Made by a program: the position numbers and the translations under genes | Shown: one piece after another, positions 61,420-64,000 of the stretch | Numbering within the stretch: the stretch's first letter is position 1 | How the letters are laid out: every line of letters starts with the position of its first letter | Assembly: GCA_977017645.1 (NCBI GenBank) | Contig: OZ360241.1 | Span: forward strand, 70,618,001 to 70,682,000 | Direction of reading: 5' to 3' | Length of the DNA: 64,000 bases | Origin: Torpedo marmorata | Taxonomy: Eukaryota | The notes under the pieces: model-generated | Database searches by the model: none | What the model saw: only the letters and a program-made list of their open reading frames with translations | Told to the model about the DNA's origin: nothing

Positions 61420-61945
61420 AAAGTACACTGTACAAAGTGATGGGAGGAATGTTTAGGGGAGACATCAGGGGCAAGTTTTTTTATTAAACACAGAGAGTTG
61501 TGGGTGCCTGAAATGCATTGCCAGGGGTCGTGGTGGAGGCTGGAACAATAGGGGCATTGAAGAGACTCAGACAGGCACATGAATTAAAGTAAAATAGAGG
61601 GTTGTGAGGTAGGGAGGTTTTTTTTAAATTTAGCCATACAGCACGGTAACAGGTCCTTTCAGCCATTAGCCCGTGCCGCCCAATTACACCCAATTGACCT
61701 ACACCCCCAGTACGTTTTGAAGTGTGGGAGGAAATCGGAGCGCCCGGGGAAGACCCACGCAGACACGGGGAGAACATACAAATTTCTTAGACAGCATGGG
61801 ATTTGAACCCCAGTCCCGATCGCTGGTGCTGTAACAGCGTTGCGCTAACCGCTACGCCAACCATGCCGCCTTTGGGAAGGTATTTATAGGTCGGAACAAC
61901 ATCGTGGGCTGAAGGGCCTGTACTGTGTTGTAATGGTCTATGTTC
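61420..61945 (+). mobile_element. CR1-like 3' end interrupted by a V-SINE (61618-61870, minus strand)
   Basis: The CR1 sequence resumes at gggaaggtattt...gaagggcctgtactgtg after the SINE. Confidence 0.8.
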
Positions 61946-62009
61946 CACATGACCTCTTGACATGCTAAAGAAATCAACAGCCACAAAGGTAAAGAGCCTG
62001 CACCATCAG

Positions 62010-62225
62010 GCCCACGCTGTTACAGCGCCAGCGACCCAGGTTCGAATCCCACGCTGTCTGTAAGGAGTTTTTACGTTCTCCCCGTCTCTGCATGGGTTTC
62101 CTCCAGGGGCTCCAGTTTCCTCCCACGTTCCAAAGATGTACGGGATTTGTAGGTTAATTGGTCACATGGGTGTATTTGTGCGGTGTGGGCTCATGGGGCT
62201 GTTACCGTCCTGTATCTCTGGGTTA
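62010..62225 (+). mobile_element. V-SINE, 5'-truncated
   Basis: cgctgttacagcgccagcgacccaggttcgaatccc plus V-domain. Confidence 0.82.
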
Positions 62226-63581
62226 AATATTGTGCAGGCCACTGGACTGGGGTGGGGAAGGGGGAGAGGTTAGACCATCTCTACTCTTCTACACTTATTG
62301 GCGTGGGATATTTCACATTGGTCAGAAAGGACGGACAGCAGCTTAGTATAATTCTCACTCTCGGAGTCCCCCTTTCAATTGTATGTATTAATCCATGTAT
62401 TCTGATGTGGATAGTCAGGGAAGCCAACAGTATCCCTGACGACTTATTCTTAGGAGAGGAATATCTCCAACTGTTATAAATAATAACAAAGAGTTTACTG
62501 CATATTCTGTTTTTATTCCAGTTGATAACTGAATGAATACATGCACCTCTGTTGCCATTGAATGGATGCTCAGATGAAGCACATCAACCTGAGCTAATAG
62601 GGAGCAAGTGTAAGTATGAATCTGTACACAGCATTCCAAGGGAGAAAGTAGGACAGGGAAAATCAGTAACATTTTTAGTTAGTGAGGAAAATGGATTACT
62701 TGACTTGAAGATAAACAGCCAAAGTTCAGGTGTAAGAGACTTTGAGACTTCCCATCTTATCCTCTCGAGTGAGGAAGGGTAACTGGTAATTTCCTGATTT
62801 TGTCACTTTCTGGATACCCTTTCCAAAATGAAAACAGCAGTAATCCCTGTGGTCATGCAACAGAGTTAAAAATGTGTTTTCATCATTTTTATTCTCAATT
62901 CTGTATTTGTGAATTTTATCTCAATGAGTCACTTGTATTTAGTCATTTTAATAATGTTTCCGGTGGGAATGAGTTTGGCGGTGCACACCTTGTGCACCTC
63001 ATACTGCTGGTTTACCTTGCTAAGGGTAAGTGTGGAGGAACTTTGCTGCTGGGCTTCTTTAATGTTTTCTTTGCAAAATGAATTGATTATTTTATCAATC
63101 TCAATGTATATTGTTCATTGCTAATATTATTATGTTTTACAGTTGGTTTTGTATTGTTTTAATCATTAATGTAAGCTTTATGAACGTTTTATCTAACTTG
63201 TGTTGAGGTGCCATTACCATGTGTTGATCATGTGACCTGAGATTTCATAGCGTAAATTTTGTTATTTTGCATGCTTAGAAGCAAAGGGGCAGAAAAGGAA
63301 GAAAACCCAGAAGATAATGGTTGTATTATTTTGTCTTCTAAAGGTACAGAATTTCCTTGTTAATTTTCTGGCTAGTTAGTTTTTCTATGCAGTTTTTAAC
63401 TCTTTTCACTTTGTATATATAGCTTTTTTTATATAGTTTGAAAAGATTTTAAAATGCAAAATGTTTTCCTGGGCAAATTTTAAAAGCTCTCGACTAATAC
63501 CGTGTACACTGAGTTGAGTACATATTGAAATGTTAAAATACCGTATCTGTGTGTAGTTGAGGAAAAGAATGAATGATAGAG

Positions 63582-63670
63582 ATACTGCTGGTTACCTTGC
63601 TAAGGGAGCAAAGGGGCAGAAAAGGAAGAAAACCCAGAAGACAATGGTTGTATTATTTTGTCTTCTAAAG
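63582..63670 (+). repeat. Local duplicate joining segments 63001-63025/6 and 63279/80-63343 without the intervening 253 nt
   Basis: Direct alignment: about 89 nt with 2-3 differences. Confidence 0.9.
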
Positions 63671-64000
63671 GGAGCGAATAAATGCTGGAAAACAATTCCG
63701 TGAGTCGTCTCTTTTTCTACACCCTATGCAAGCCCATTGCAGTCGCTTTATAATTCTATGATGCACTTTGCTCTATTTATCCCTTCATATTCTCTCCTTG
63801 GACCCTGTCATATTGTCTCCACCTCACTTCCCCCAGAAACTCAGAACTCGAGATTTTCTTGCCTTTTTTAATTGTCCCTTCCTCTTGCAGTCTATAGAAT
63901 TTTAAACTTCAAACTTATTCTTCTTTAACTCTTTTTGCTGCTATTTTCAATTATTGTTGGTATCTTGCACTATTGATCTTGGGAATGGTGATGCCCAAAA

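Overview
This is eukaryotic, repeat-rich genomic DNA. The repeat set (HE1-like V-SINEs, CR1/HER1-like LINEs, Penelope, Rex1/Babar) points to a cartilaginous fish, probably a ray or skate; that assignment is inferred. The main host gene is the 3' half of a class-6 semaphorin, best matching SEMA6B, on the + strand. Seven phase-compatible GT-AG coding exons (3104 to 45809) encode the end of the Sema domain, the PSI domain, the transmembrane helix and the cytoplasmic tail. Introns and the downstream flank are filled with transposable elements: a near-complete pogo-superfamily Passer (DD35D) transposon with two frameshifts, four TA-flanked MITEs (two with GC-rich minisatellite arrays), a 5S-rRNA-derived SINE, a GC-rich bipartite non-autonomous retroelement (2 copies), a non-autonomous Helitron, L1 3' ends with TSDs, and many CR1, Rex/Babar, Penelope and SINE fragments. 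The most unusual observations are: an apparently intron-less copy of two adjacent putative exons just downstream of them (about 63.6 kb); an acidic FxGF C-terminus on the transposase; a stop codon cutting into the conserved SEMA6 C-terminal motif; and several locally templated or fold-back duplications. Family names and alignments come from recalled consensus sequences, not database searches, and most TE boundaries are approximate.
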